Source of the DNA: an uncultured Spirochaetota bacterium
GTDB lineage: Bacteria; Spirochaetota; Brevinematia; Brevinematales; JAOACQ01
Assembly (NCBI GenBank): GCA_963835575.1
Contig: CAWIGG010000006.1
Coordinates: 160,001 to 224,000, forward strand
Direction of reading: 5' to 3'
DNA length: 64,000 nucleotides
Shown piece after piece: positions 50,887 to 60,835 of the stretch (positions are counted from its first letter, which is position 1; each line of letters opens with the position of its first letter). The position numbers and the translations under genes were made by a program. The notes below the pieces were generated by a model, which searched no databases, was not told where the DNA came from, and was given only the letters and a program-made list of their open reading frames with translations.

Positions 50887-51894
50887 TTAAAATCCAAACC
50901 CCGCCGACAGGCCGGCGTTAAACTGCAAACTTTCCTGGTTGTATCCGACAGTATTGATCAGACCGGCCGGGCCCTCCGAAGTATTTTCATAACGCGTCTG
51001 GGTTTGGTTTCCGCTTGTCATGACGTACATAAATTCACCATTTATTGAAATAGAAAGGGCGCTGGTAAAATTGAGAGATAAGTTTGCCCCGGCTATATAG
51101 GCGCTGCCCGTACTGAAAGCATTCATTTCCTTTGACCTGAGAATATGGTCGTCGCGGTCGGCGCAAATAGCAATGGGGGAAAATCCAAGCATCAAATACA
51201 ATTTAAACAAATCGGAAAAGATATTCCCGGCCATATTAAAATAGGGAATGTACTGACGTAATTCATATGAACCGACCTTTCCTGGAATTAAAATATGATT
51301 GGCATAATCCGGTGTTAAATATGATTTATACTGTTCATATGAAGGATACCATTGGTCCAGATTGCTGATATCGAAATAAAAGTACTGAAATAAAAAAGCC
51401 CCGCCGAAGGCGGCGGAATACCAGCTCCCTGAAAATACGGTATAGAGCAGCATCCCTTCGATTGAAAAGAAGTTAATGCTTGTATCGGATGTGGAAAATA
51501 TATCCAGCGTTGAGGGACTCGCCGAATCCGCCCATGAATTAGTGGAAAGGTACCAGTAGCCCCAGTCTGAATCCTCTGTCTTGCCGGCGTCGGATGTCAG
51601 GCTTTTTTTGATGCAGAGCTTTACATTAAAATTATCCAGGAAATTCAATTCGGCTTCTGTTCTTAACAGGTAAGTATTGAGCGGAAATTTCAGCTGGCTT
51701 AAGGGGATTGTGCTCCCTGAACCGTCCGGTAAAGTCACGCTTCCACCGATTTTATACAGCGTATAGCCGGACATCATTTCCGCGCCGGCGGAAACTGAGA
51801 ACGTATTTGTGCTGCTGTATGACAAACTCAAGACAAAAAAGAGAAATAATAATAAAAAATTAATGCCTTTATTTGATAATACATTCTTAATCAT
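50887..51894 (-). CDS. Omptin-family outer-membrane protease-like beta-barrel
   Basis: Signal peptide, LSQLKFP, GKTEDSDW, DRDDHILR, C-terminal Phe. Confidence 0.75.
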   Translation of the reverse strand: MIKNVLSNKGINFLLLFLFFVLSLSYSSTNTFSVSAGAEMMSGYTLYKIGGSVTLPDGSGSTIPLSQLKFPLNTYLLRTEAELNFLDNFNVKLCIKKSLTSDAGKTEDSDWGYWYLSTNSWADSASPSTLDIFSTSDTSINFFSIEGMLLYTVFSGSWYSAAFGGAFLFQYFYFDISNLDQWYPSYEQYKSYLTPDYANHILIPGKVGSYELRQYIPYFNMAGNIFSDLFKLYLMLGFSPIAICADRDDHILRSKEMNAFSTGSAYIAGANLSLNFTSALSISINGEFMYVMTSGNQTQTRYENTSEGPAGLINTVGYNQESLQFNAGLSAGFGF

Positions 51895-52136
51895 AAATCT
51901 TTTCTTAACTAAATATAATAACTTATAATAGGCTTATTTCAATCAAATTTTATATTGTTAAAAATAAAACAAGCGGGAGATCATTCGGTTCTCAATATAT
52001 AATACGATCCGGACGGATGTTTTTTGCTAATAAAAATAAATATTTTTTCCGGGAATATGACACCAATCGGAAGTCATTAGTCAACAGTTTATAACTAATA
52101 GACTGATGAGTTCCGACTTTTGACTGCCAACCGGCG

Positions 52137-53177
52137 TTATCCCTTTATTTCCGACATATATTTCGCCCCGCAGCGCCAGCAGACTGAAAATGGGGCCTTT
52201 CGCCTGTGTTCCCTGAAGAGTTCCGCCCTTTCAGAATTCCAGAGCTCTTCTATCGTTGATTCTTTAATATTGCCGAATGAGTAATCGGGGAAATCGACGC
52301 AGAAGTTCGCGCTGCCGTCGGGCTGGATATCGATCAGTTTTTCCACATTTGAGCATGGGATTGATTTAACGGGGGTCAATGGGTTATCAAACCATGTTTT
52401 ATACTCGTCTTCGGTAAGAGGGAGGTAGGGAAAGTTTTTGATCTCCTTCAAACCGGCCAGGTATTTTCCATACTCTTCCCGGAAGATATCAAAATCGATT
52501 CCGGAATCCTCATGATGAAAACCGCGCCACGAAAAGGCCCTGCATGAAAAATTGTCCATAAGCTCTTTTTCATAAAGGCGGCCGATTTTTTCCGGGACGT
52601 AATAATAGGGGACAATGCAGATGGAGCCGATGCCGAGGCTCCTGGCGATATCCGGCATACTGCCCAGGCCTTTATAGGAATAAGGACTGATGGTAAAAGT
52701 TATCGATTTTCCTATTTTGTTCGGGCTCTTTTTTTCCAGCTCATTCAACAGGGCGATATTTTCTTTTATTTTTTTAAAGCAGCCCTTAAAGCCGCGCACT
52801 TTATCATGGATCTCTTCAGGCCCGTCCACGGAGACGGTCAGGTGCATTCTGCCGATGCGGAGAATATCGGCGGCGTAGTCTCTCAGCACTGTGCCGTTCG
52901 TGTCAATGGAAATAAATATTCCCTTTCCGTTGATATATTCCAGAAGTTCAATGATGCCGGGGAAGAGGAATGGTTCGCCTCCCCGCAGTAATATGGAAGA
53001 AGCCTGATGCGAAGCCGCTTCGTCAACGAGCCTTTTCCAGTCTGATAGTCCCAGTTCTTTTTTCAGGCCGGCTTTATTATGATGCATATAGCCTTCTTTA
53101 CTCCATTGTCCGCACATCTGACAGCGGAGGTTGCAGGCGTTTGTTATTGTGAACAATATCGACTGCGGGAAATTCAT
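52137..53177 (-). CDS. Radical SAM / SPASM domain protein
   Basis: CNLRCQMC, GGEP, C-terminal C..C..CWRC. Confidence 0.92.
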   Translation of the reverse strand: MNFPQSILFTITNACNLRCQMCGQWSKEGYMHHNKAGLKKELGLSDWKRLVDEAASHQASSILLRGGEPFLFPGIIELLEYINGKGIFISIDTNGTVLRDYAADILRIGRMHLTVSVDGPEEIHDKVRGFKGCFKKIKENIALLNELEKKSPNKIGKSITFTISPYSYKGLGSMPDIARSLGIGSICIVPYYYVPEKIGRLYEKELMDNFSCRAFSWRGFHHEDSGIDFDIFREEYGKYLAGLKEIKNFPYLPLTEDEYKTWFDNPLTPVKSIPCSNVEKLIDIQPDGSANFCVDFPDYSFGNIKESTIEELWNSERAELFREHRRKAPFSVCWRCGAKYMSEIKG

Positions 53178-53219
53178 AAATGACTCCTATAAACAATCTT
53201 ATGAGGATTGACTGGTTTT

Positions 53220-53352
53220 CCGCGAATTCACGCTAAGGCTCGCAAATAAAATTTGTTTCTTTAAATATTTCCATTACAATTCTCTCCATTTTATCCCAAT
53301 TAGCGTTTATGGATTCGGCAGGCTCACCACAAGTTTGCGTGTATTAGCGGGT
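53220..53352. repeat. Paired periodic arms (CGCGAAT/ATTAGCG type) with a REP unit inserted in the right arm
   Basis: CCGCGAATTCACGCTAAGGCTCGCAAAT / ATTAGCGTTTA[TGGATTCGGCAGGCTCACCACAAG]TTTGCGTGTATTAGCGG. Confidence 0.65.
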
Positions 53353-53425
53353 TATCGATTCCTCCTTTGCTGAGTCCGAATAAGTTTTGGAATAGATAAT
53401 ATTATTAACATTAAAGTATTTTTAA

Positions 53426-54370
53426 TCACATATATTTTTTTAGGAAGTTTAGCATCTCTTCCGGATGATTGCCGAAATAATTATAGCCGTCAAAACGCTC
53501 TTTTCCCTCTATCCATAAAAGCCTCTTTACTGCCGGTGTATTTTGATAGAAGCCCTCAATATCCTCATTGGTGGTCCATGGGTCGGCTTTGACCTGCACA
53601 TACAGGACCGGAACAGTAATATCCTTGACATAATTTTTTGGTGACATTTCCTCCAGACTGTAGCCGGTAAAATCCTTTGCTTTTTTATTGACATCGGTAT
53701 AGAAAAACGAAAAGAGGGGATATTTATTTTTTATCAGGCATTGTGTGAAGACATCGGCGGATACCGGCTGAACGGCGATCAGGCATCTGACATTTTTAAA
53801 TTTCTCCCTGGCTTTGCTCATCGCGATGATAGTTGAATTGGCCCCCATGCAGTGGCTGACAAAGCCGGTCTTTTTACTCTTTAAATCGCTTCTTCCCGAG
53901 ATATAATCCAGCGCTCCGGCCAGGTCCTGCCATTCGAAAAGCCCGACGGCGGAGTACCCGTTATTTGCCGGATCGCTTTCGCCATGATTGCGGAAATCGA
54001 ATGTCAGTACGGAATAGCCGGCGCCGTTCAGCGCTTTTGCCGTTTTCATAAATTCCACGTCAAGGTCTGTGACTTTAAAAAGGCCCTGGTCTTTCGCCGA
54101 AAAGCCGTATTTTGTAAATATCATCGGGTGGGTCATGATGATGAGCTTTTCTGAAGTCCCCGGAATATACCACCCTTTAATTTTTACTCCGTCGATCGAT
54201 TTAAAATCAATACTTTCATACTTCATTCCATAATCCCGGGGTGTTTTTAAGACCGGCTGCCTTTTTGGTTTAATCAGTGAATCCGTCAAGAATGACGGCA
54301 TATAAATATAAGCGAATATGCCGAGGATCACAATAAATATGAGCGATGATATAACTTTTTGAATTCTCAT
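53426..54370 (-). CDS. Alpha/beta hydrolase with Cys at the nucleophile position
   Basis: FDFRNHGES, SHCMGAN, N-terminal TM. Confidence 0.8.
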   Translation of the reverse strand: MRIQKVISSLIFIVILGIFAYIYMPSFLTDSLIKPKRQPVLKTPRDYGMKYESIDFKSIDGVKIKGWYIPGTSEKLIIMTHPMIFTKYGFSAKDQGLFKVTDLDVEFMKTAKALNGAGYSVLTFDFRNHGESDPANNGYSAVGLFEWQDLAGALDYISGRSDLKSKKTGFVSHCMGANSTIIAMSKAREKFKNVRCLIAVQPVSADVFTQCLIKNKYPLFSFFYTDVNKKAKDFTGYSLEEMSPKNYVKDITVPVLYVQVKADPWTTNEDIEGFYQNTPAVKRLLWIEGKERFDGYNYFGNHPEEMLNFLKKYM

Positions 54371-54446
54371 TATCAATCAGTCTCCTTTTTAATCCGGATT
54401 ATTAAAAAAACAGATTTGATTTAATATTTATATAAAGATAGTTTGA

Positions 54447-54896
54447 TTATTGGATGCTTTCTTTTTTTGAGGCAATCTCGTCCCGGTGATTAAACTCCTC
54501 TCCGGCGATCTTTTCAATACCATCTCCGATCTTTAAATAAAATTCTGCCAGCTTTTTATAATAGTCCGCGATGCTGAGATACAGTTTTCCTATGTTTTCC
54601 TCGCCCCGGGCCAGGTTATCAACGCTTTTATTCAAATTGGGTTCTTTAATGGCCTCATAAAACAGATTGTCTTTGATATGGGTATGAAGGGCCGATACCG
54701 CACTGACATTAAAAGTCGGCTTAACGGTATTTACTCCCATTTTTTTAATGGACATACTGTGTTCACTGCACTGCTTGACCATAAACTCCAGAACTGATTT
54801 CATTCTGGCGAAACGGGAAATGGAAGAGAGCTTCCTGTACATCATTGTCAAATCATCTTCAAGCTGGATGATGAGATCGAAAATTTGTTCATCCAT
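54447..54896 (-). CDS. Hypothetical ferritin/rubrerythrin-like helical protein
   Basis: LE...MY..L and EE..H patterns; GGAGG RBS. Confidence 0.5.
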   Translation of the reverse strand: MDEQIFDLIIQLEDDLTMMYRKLSSISRFARMKSVLEFMVKQCSEHSMSIKKMGVNTVKPTFNVSAVSALHTHIKDNLFYEAIKEPNLNKSVDNLARGEENIGKLYLSIADYYKKLAEFYLKIGDGIEKIAGEEFNHRDEIASKKESIQ

Positions 54897-55232
54897 ATAA
54901 TCCCTCCAATTATTAAAATAGCCCTCAATATCATATTAAAAAACTGTTGAAATATCAATATAATATATCTAAAATTTCAAAAAACAAGGCTAAATTAAAA
55001 CTTTCAAAGTTGAACTCTTTTCATTATTTGACAGCCGGTTTTTATTTATGATACAATTTAATAAGTAACCCAATATGAAACGGATTATCTTTAATAATAA
55101 TAAAAAGAATCAGTGAATCCCGAGTCCCCCGGTTAAACCGGGGGAAATCGGGGGCGTGTCATCCGTGAAATCAGTGTGATGAACTTGTGCTGAGCCTGTC
55201 GCATCGGATATTATAAAAAAGGAAGGTCTGAT

Positions 55233-55781
55233 ATGAATAATCCGAAAAAGGTCCTCGGTATAATCGGCAGTCCCCGTAAAGGCGGGAATACGGAAATAAT
55301 AACAGACAGCATATTGAAGGGAGCGCGGGAAGCCGGCGCGCTGATAGAAAAGGTCCGTTTAACAGACCTGAATATTAGTCCCTGCCTTGCCTGCGAATCG
55401 TGCGCGGATACAAGGATTTGCGTCCAGAAGGACAATATGCCGGCGCTTCTGAAGAAGATGAAAGAAAGCGATGTCTGGATAATGGGAACGCCTGTTTATT
55501 ACCAGGGGCCGACAGCGCAGTTTAAGGCCTTTCAGGACCGCTGGTTCGGCGCTCAGCCTATTTTTGAAGGCAGGCCGGTTGTTTTAGTGATACCCCTTGG
55601 AGACACGGATAAAAAAGCCGCCGGGCATACGGCCGGATACCTGCAGAATTCTTTAAGCTATGTCAGGGCAAAAGTCATATCGACAATAGTTGCGCCCGGA
55701 GTTTACGCGCCAGGCGATGTGCTGAAGTTTCCGGAATTGCTGGAAAAAGCTTATCAAATAGGACGTGACGCCGTAATGTAA
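55233..55781 (+). CDS. Flavodoxin-fold iron-sulfur flavoprotein / FMN reductase family
   Basis: GSPRKGGNT, CLACESC..C, GTPVY. Confidence 0.9.
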   Translation: MNNPKKVLGIIGSPRKGGNTEIITDSILKGAREAGALIEKVRLTDLNISPCLACESCADTRICVQKDNMPALLKKMKESDVWIMGTPVYYQGPTAQFKAFQDRWFGAQPIFEGRPVVLVIPLGDTDKKAAGHTAGYLQNSLSYVRAKVISTIVAPGVYAPGDVLKFPELLEKAYQIGRDAVM

Positions 55782-55793
55782 ATATCCGTTGAA

Positions 55794-56378
55794 TTATTTA
55801 TAATTCTCAGGGAATAAGAGCCTTTCCGTTCCTTCTATTATAATATGAAGGATGGTCATATGGACTTCCTGGGCTTTGTCCGATGTCCGGCAGGGTATGA
55901 TAAACTCAAAGTCGCTTTTGCCCTTTAATTTGCCGCCGTCCCGCCCGAGGAGCGCGACGGATGTAATTCCCTCCGCTTTGCATTTTTCAACGGCTTTTAT
56001 AATATTCGGCGAATTCCCGCTTGTGGTAATGCCGATAAAGACATCGCCTTTTTTTCCATGGGCTTCTATACTTCTGGCGAACACGTCGTCAAAACCGAAA
56101 TCGTTGGCCACGGCCGTGATATGGGCCGGGTCTGTAAAGGCGATGACGGGCAGGGGCTTTCTGTCCTGCCTGAATTTCCCCGTGAATTCCTCGGCAAAGT
56201 GCATCGCGTCGCAGGCGCTGCCGCCGTTGCCGGCCGCCATGACTTTATTCCCTCTTTTAAAGGTTTCAGATATGAGTTGGGAAACGGCCGCTGTTTCAGC
56301 AAAGTTTTTCTCATCTAAACAGAATTTGCTTAAAATCTCAAGAGATTCCAGGTAAGACGCTTTAATTTGTTCTTTCAT
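55794..56378 (-). CDS. gmhA: Phosphoheptose isomerase
   Basis: GNGGSACDAMHFAEE, ITAVANDFG, TTSGNS, QEVH. Confidence 0.93.
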   Translation of the reverse strand: MKEQIKASYLESLEILSKFCLDEKNFAETAAVSQLISETFKRGNKVMAAGNGGSACDAMHFAEEFTGKFRQDRKPLPVIAFTDPAHITAVANDFGFDDVFARSIEAHGKKGDVFIGITTSGNSPNIIKAVEKCKAEGITSVALLGRDGGKLKGKSDFEFIIPCRTSDKAQEVHMTILHIIIEGTERLLFPENYK

Positions 56379-56634
56379 AAGCATTCTCCTTTTGCATGAT
56401 AAATTTGACCGCGAACAGGACCATAATGATTCCGGCGGTTATATTCAAACCGGTTATAAATATTTTCGGCATAAAATAATGTAATAAAGAGCCCGGCAAC
56501 CCGGCGAAGGCCGGGGAAATAATTTTCGAACTGACTGAGCCGGAGCTGAAGAGGATCAAATTCTTTCTTTTTTAAAATTCCGGCCCTGCCGCTATCTGCA
56601 GAAGCATACCGAATCCGAACCCTTTTATAAACAT
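56362..56634 (-). pseudogene. Internally deleted LysE-family translocator remnant
   Basis: MFIKGFGFGMLLQIAAGP (LysE N-terminus), then a stop, then the C-terminal TM helices (LNITAGIIMVLFAVK). Confidence 0.6.
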
Positions 56635-56824
56635 TATGTAATCCTTTATCAAAATGGAGCCGCTAATATTATATAGTTCACGGTGGTATTCTTCAAATAA
56701 TCACCGGAGACAGCATTCACGTATACCGTCTTCGGCGTTGAAACAATGTATATTTATAAAATTGGCAGAGAATGCGTTGTATCTTTATAATATGCCTGAT
56801 GTCTTTTTGAATGCGGAGATTTGT

Positions 56825-57535
56825 ATGCTTGATATCAGTAAAATCATTGATGGCATTCTTGCCGAAGAAAAGGATTTCATTTACGGATTTGCCGATCTGA
56901 AAGGCCTTGTTCATAAAAAATTCAAGGGCTATGATTACGCCGTATCCATCGGCAGGAAGCTGGACAACGGCATCATTGACGGCATAGAAAACGGCCCGAC
57001 GCCGGAATATTACGAACATTATTACTCTATTAATAAAATTCTTCAGGAGACGGTAAATAAGATTTCAGAAAGGCTGAATGATTATAAAATAGACAATTTC
57101 CCGGTAAAACCGACTGTCACTGATGAAGAGCTTGACAAAGAGGAAGGTAAAACATTGACCGCGCTTTTTTCTCACAAAATGGCCGCGACACGGGCGGGGC
57201 TCGGCTGGATAGGCAAAACAGACCTCTTTGTGTCTAAAAAGTTCGGGCCGAGGCTGAGGCTCGCTGCGGTCCTGGTAAGAGAAAAATTGCCTGTTCCGGA
57301 ATTTCCTATAAATGAAAGCCTCTGCGGACAGTGTGATCTATGCGTTGTCCTGTGTCCGGCGGAAGCGGCCAACGGTAAATTGTGGAATACCGGAATGAAA
57401 AGGGAAGATTTTTATAACGCTGATAGATGCAGGAAAAAATGCCGGGAATTGACTTTAAAGAATACCGGCAGAAATGAAAGCCTCTGCGGGATCTGCGTGA
57501 GCGTCTGCCCTGTGGGGAAAGGCTCGGGGAAATAG
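56825..57535 (+). CDS. Epoxyqueuosine-reductase-like 4Fe-4S protein
   Basis: SHKMAATRAGLGWIGK, GPRLRL, CGQCDLCVVLCP, CGICVSVCP. Confidence 0.85.
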   Translation: MLDISKIIDGILAEEKDFIYGFADLKGLVHKKFKGYDYAVSIGRKLDNGIIDGIENGPTPEYYEHYYSINKILQETVNKISERLNDYKIDNFPVKPTVTDEELDKEEGKTLTALFSHKMAATRAGLGWIGKTDLFVSKKFGPRLRLAAVLVREKLPVPEFPINESLCGQCDLCVVLCPAEAANGKLWNTGMKREDFYNADRCRKKCRELTLKNTGRNESLCGICVSVCPVGKGSGK

Positions 57536-57742
57536 CCGCGGAGACACCCTTCGGCAGGCTCAGGCTCAGGGTCGGGGCCGGGCGCCGGGCACGGAGTAAT
57601 AATGAAATGAAATTAGAATTTAGGGGTGATGGGAATTATTCTAAATTAAATTAAAATTTTCTTCTTCCCAAAATACAACTTTTGGTATAAAATTTAGAAA
57701 AGACGGTGAGTATTTATAAATAGAATTTTCTCTGTGTTCTCT

Positions 57743-59443
57743 CAGACTGTGTGAAAAAGGCGGTGTAAGACAATAAAGGCGGAGAAAAATCCTCAAATTT
57801 ATTTTAATAAGGTATAATATGTAATCAAATTTGAGGTGTGTAAGATGAACCATATAACAGGAGAGCCAAGAGACCAGATAGTACTTTACGCGGAAACTAT
57901 TGATGGTTTGATAGAAGAGAAGAACCCTGTAAGAATTATAGACGCATATGTGAGCAGACTAAACATCAGGAGGTTGGGATTCAAAATTAAAGAGGCGAAA
58001 AAAGGGCGTCCATCCTACACAGCGGATGTATTGTTGAAAATATATATTTACGGATATTTGAACAAAGTCAGGACCACGAGGAAATTAGAAAACGAATGTA
58101 AAAGGAATACGGAACTGATATGGCTGACCTGCCGCTTAGCGCCTGATTTTAAGACCATAGCGGATTTCAGAAGGGATAATATTAAGGGCATAAAAAACAT
58201 TTTCAAAGAGTTTTTGAAAGTATGCCGCAAATTAGAACTGCTGACATTTAAATTAACAGCGACAGATGGAACGAAAATAAGTGGGCAAAACAGTCTGGGT
58301 AATATTTATAGGCGGGAAAGCATTGAAGGAGTTGAGAAAAAGATTAATGAAAAAATAGACAAATATCTTTTGGAATTGGATAAAAATGATAAATCGGAAG
58401 AAAACGAGTTTGAGTTTTTATCCAGCAACATTGAAAAAAAGCTGGACAGCCTCAAGACAAGAAAAGAAAAAGTAGAAGCGATAAAAAAAATGTTTGAGGC
58501 CGATCCGGAACTTGAAATCGTTTACGGGAATGATCCCGACGGCAGAATTGGGAAAGATAAAGGGAAAACGGATGTTTTGTACAACGCGCAGATAGCAGTG
58601 GACGAAAAGAATAAATTGATTGTCGCGGTGGATGTAACCAATGAAAGTAATGATGTTCATCAAGCGGGAAATATGGTTAATAAAGTTGAAGAAATAAAGA
58701 AAGAACTTGAAGCCGAACCGGGATTAAAAACCATACATGTCCTGGATGCCGGATATTATTGCGAAAGTGAGATATTACCGCTTACAGACGGGGGTCATGA
58801 AATCTATATTCCAAGCCCGCGCGATGAAAAAGAAAAAAAGTCCAGGTACAAAGAGCAGCAGAAAGAAAGTATCCCGGCAAAAGGATATCTGGCAGAAGAT
58901 TTCAAGATTGATAAAGAGAAGAACCAGTTGATTTGTCCGCAAGGATTACGATTAAATAATCAAAGTGTATATCAGGATAAAAACACGGGGATTACTGTAG
59001 CGGAATTCAAGTGCAGGAACGAGAATTGTGAGAAGAAGCATTTATGCACAAAAAGCAAAGAAGGCAGGACGGTAAAGTTATCGGTGCGAAAGGAAGATAT
59101 GGATAAATTCGATGAGAAGGTCCGAAGTGAATTGGGGCAAAAGATTGTTGCAATCAGAAAAGAGTTGGCAGAACATCCATTTGGAACAATAAAAGGAAAT
59201 TTTGGTTATAATAATTTCTTGCTGAAGGGGATTGATAAAGTAAAAAGCGAGTTTAATTTCACGGCATTTATCTATAATTTTAAAAGAGTTCTGAATATTG
59301 CTGGTTTTGATAAGTTATTAGCCGCAATATAGTCTGAATTTCAATGATTATCAGTAATTTTTTATTCAGGCTCTTCTTTAAAGTAAGCAGGAACCTTTAG
59401 ATGCCTGATCTTATAAATGTATTCTCTTTTTTCACACAGTCTG
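57743..59443 (+). mobile_element. IS1182-family element inserted in a 9-bp-periodic repeat arm, 3-bp TSD TCT
   Basis: TIRs CAGACTGTGTGAAAAA / TTTTTCACACAGTCTG; empty site CTCTGTGTTCTCTGCGCACTCTGTGGTT. Confidence 0.92.
57845..59332 (+). CDS. IS1182-family transposase
   Basis: GRPSY, LLKIYIYGY, PDFKTIADFR, TDGTK, LDAGY, AEHPFGTIK. Confidence 0.95.
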   Translation: MNHITGEPRDQIVLYAETIDGLIEEKNPVRIIDAYVSRLNIRRLGFKIKEAKKGRPSYTADVLLKIYIYGYLNKVRTTRKLENECKRNTELIWLTCRLAPDFKTIADFRRDNIKGIKNIFKEFLKVCRKLELLTFKLTATDGTKISGQNSLGNIYRRESIEGVEKKINEKIDKYLLELDKNDKSEENEFEFLSSNIEKKLDSLKTRKEKVEAIKKMFEADPELEIVYGNDPDGRIGKDKGKTDVLYNAQIAVDEKNKLIVAVDVTNESNDVHQAGNMVNKVEEIKKELEAEPGLKTIHVLDAGYYCESEILPLTDGGHEIYIPSPRDEKEKKSRYKEQQKESIPAKGYLAEDFKIDKEKNQLICPQGLRLNNQSVYQDKNTGITVAEFKCRNENCEKKHLCTKSKEGRTVKLSVRKEDMDKFDEKVRSELGQKIVAIRKELAEHPFGTIKGNFGYNNFLLKGIDKVKSEFNFTAFIYNFKRVLNIAGFDKLLAAI

Positions 59444-59482
59444 TCTGCGCACTCTGTGGTTTCAAACTAATAGAGGTAAAAC

Positions 59483-59983
59483 ATGGATGACGGAATTATC
59501 ATTAAAAAAATGTCTTCGGAATATATCGGGTCCTACGGCAGGTGCGTGGACAGCGTGGCCAGGGAACGGAAGTATCTTGCCGCCGTCGAGGGTTTTCCTC
59601 CGGAAAGAACAAAGGAATTTGTGAAAAAGATACTTGACTTCGATCTGCCCCAGTATATTGCCGTCAGGGGGGATGAAGTCATCGGCTGGTGCGACATCCT
59701 GCCGAAGGAATTCGAAGGACTTTCTCATGCCGGGCGGCTGGGTATGGGCATTAAAAAAGAATACAGGGGCCGGGGTATCGGAAGCTCTCTGATCGGTAAA
59801 ACGATCGAGCACGCGAAAAGGAACGGGCTGGAAAAGATAGAGCTTGAAGTTTTTGAGTCGAATAAAGACGCCATAAGGCTATATAAAAAGTACGGTTTTT
59901 TTAAGGAAGGAAGGCTGAAAAAATCCAGGAAGATTGACGGCCGGTATGATAATGTCATCCTGATGGGGAAATTTCTTAAATAA
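59483..59983 (+). CDS. GNAT family N-acetyltransferase
   Basis: LGMGIKKEYRGRGIG, N..AIRLYKKYGF. Confidence 0.92.
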   Translation: MDDGIIIKKMSSEYIGSYGRCVDSVARERKYLAAVEGFPPERTKEFVKKILDFDLPQYIAVRGDEVIGWCDILPKEFEGLSHAGRLGMGIKKEYRGRGIGSSLIGKTIEHAKRNGLEKIELEVFESNKDAIRLYKKYGFFKEGRLKKSRKIDGRYDNVILMGKFLK

Positions 59984-59998
59984 AGATGGAGGAAAACC

Positions 59999-60787
59999 AT
60001 GAAAACCAGAACCGCATTGATCACAGGGGCGACGAGCGGCATCGGCGCGGCGTTCGCGAAATGTTATACCGGAAAAGGATATGATTTAATACTGATAGGG
60101 AGGAGAAAGGCTAAATTAACCGCGCTGGCTGATGAATTATCGAAAAAATTCAATGTTAAAACGGAAGTCATAATAGCGGAGCTTTCAAATCCGAAAGCAA
60201 CCGAGTCAATAATTAAAAAAATCTATTCTATTAAAAATATAGAAGTGCTTGTGAATAACGCCGGTTACGGCGGTACCGTTAATTTTGATCGGGATACAAT
60301 AGGGAGCCAGATCCGTATGATGACGGTCCATAATGAAGTCCCGGTCAGGCTTACCCATGCCGTTCTTCCGCAGATGATGAAAAACAAAAAAGGTTTTATT
60401 GTCAACGTCTCCTCCGTGGCGTCATTTATCCCGACGCCTCAGGATATCCTGTACGGAACGACAAAAGCGTTTTTAAATAACTTTTCCGAGTCGCTGGCTG
60501 TAAGGTTAAAGTCCCATGGCATTAAAGTGCAGGCGCTCTGCCCGGGGTTTACCAGGACGGATTTTCATGAAAAGCTGGGAATGAAAAGGGAAGACCTGAA
60601 AAACAGGGGCTTGATGCTCTGGATGAGTCCCGATAAAGTGGTCAGGAGTTCCGTCAGATGCCTGAGGAAATTTAAACCTCTCTGCGTTCCAGGTATAACA
60701 TATAAGTTCTTCTATCTTATCATAAAGCTGCTGCCGGTTAATTTTCTCTCTTTTATTATGAGCCGGATGAAGCTGGCTGGGGAATAA
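59999..60787 (+). CDS. Short-chain dehydrogenase/reductase
   Basis: TGATSGIG, NNAG, YGTTK. Confidence 0.93.
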   Translation: MKTRTALITGATSGIGAAFAKCYTGKGYDLILIGRRKAKLTALADELSKKFNVKTEVIIAELSNPKATESIIKKIYSIKNIEVLVNNAGYGGTVNFDRDTIGSQIRMMTVHNEVPVRLTHAVLPQMMKNKKGFIVNVSSVASFIPTPQDILYGTTKAFLNNFSESLAVRLKSHGIKVQALCPGFTRTDFHEKLGMKREDLKNRGLMLWMSPDKVVRSSVRCLRKFKPLCVPGITYKFFYLIIKLLPVNFLSFIMSRMKLAGE

Positions 60788-60835
60788 AATATTTCCCGGC
60801 GGTTTTCCTGATATTATAAAAAACTCAATACCGGA

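Noticed and set aside
52068..52118. Hammerhead ribozyme (CTGATGAG within an inverted repeat)
   Set aside because: No GAAA core or stem II follows; more likely a simple terminator or REP hairpin.
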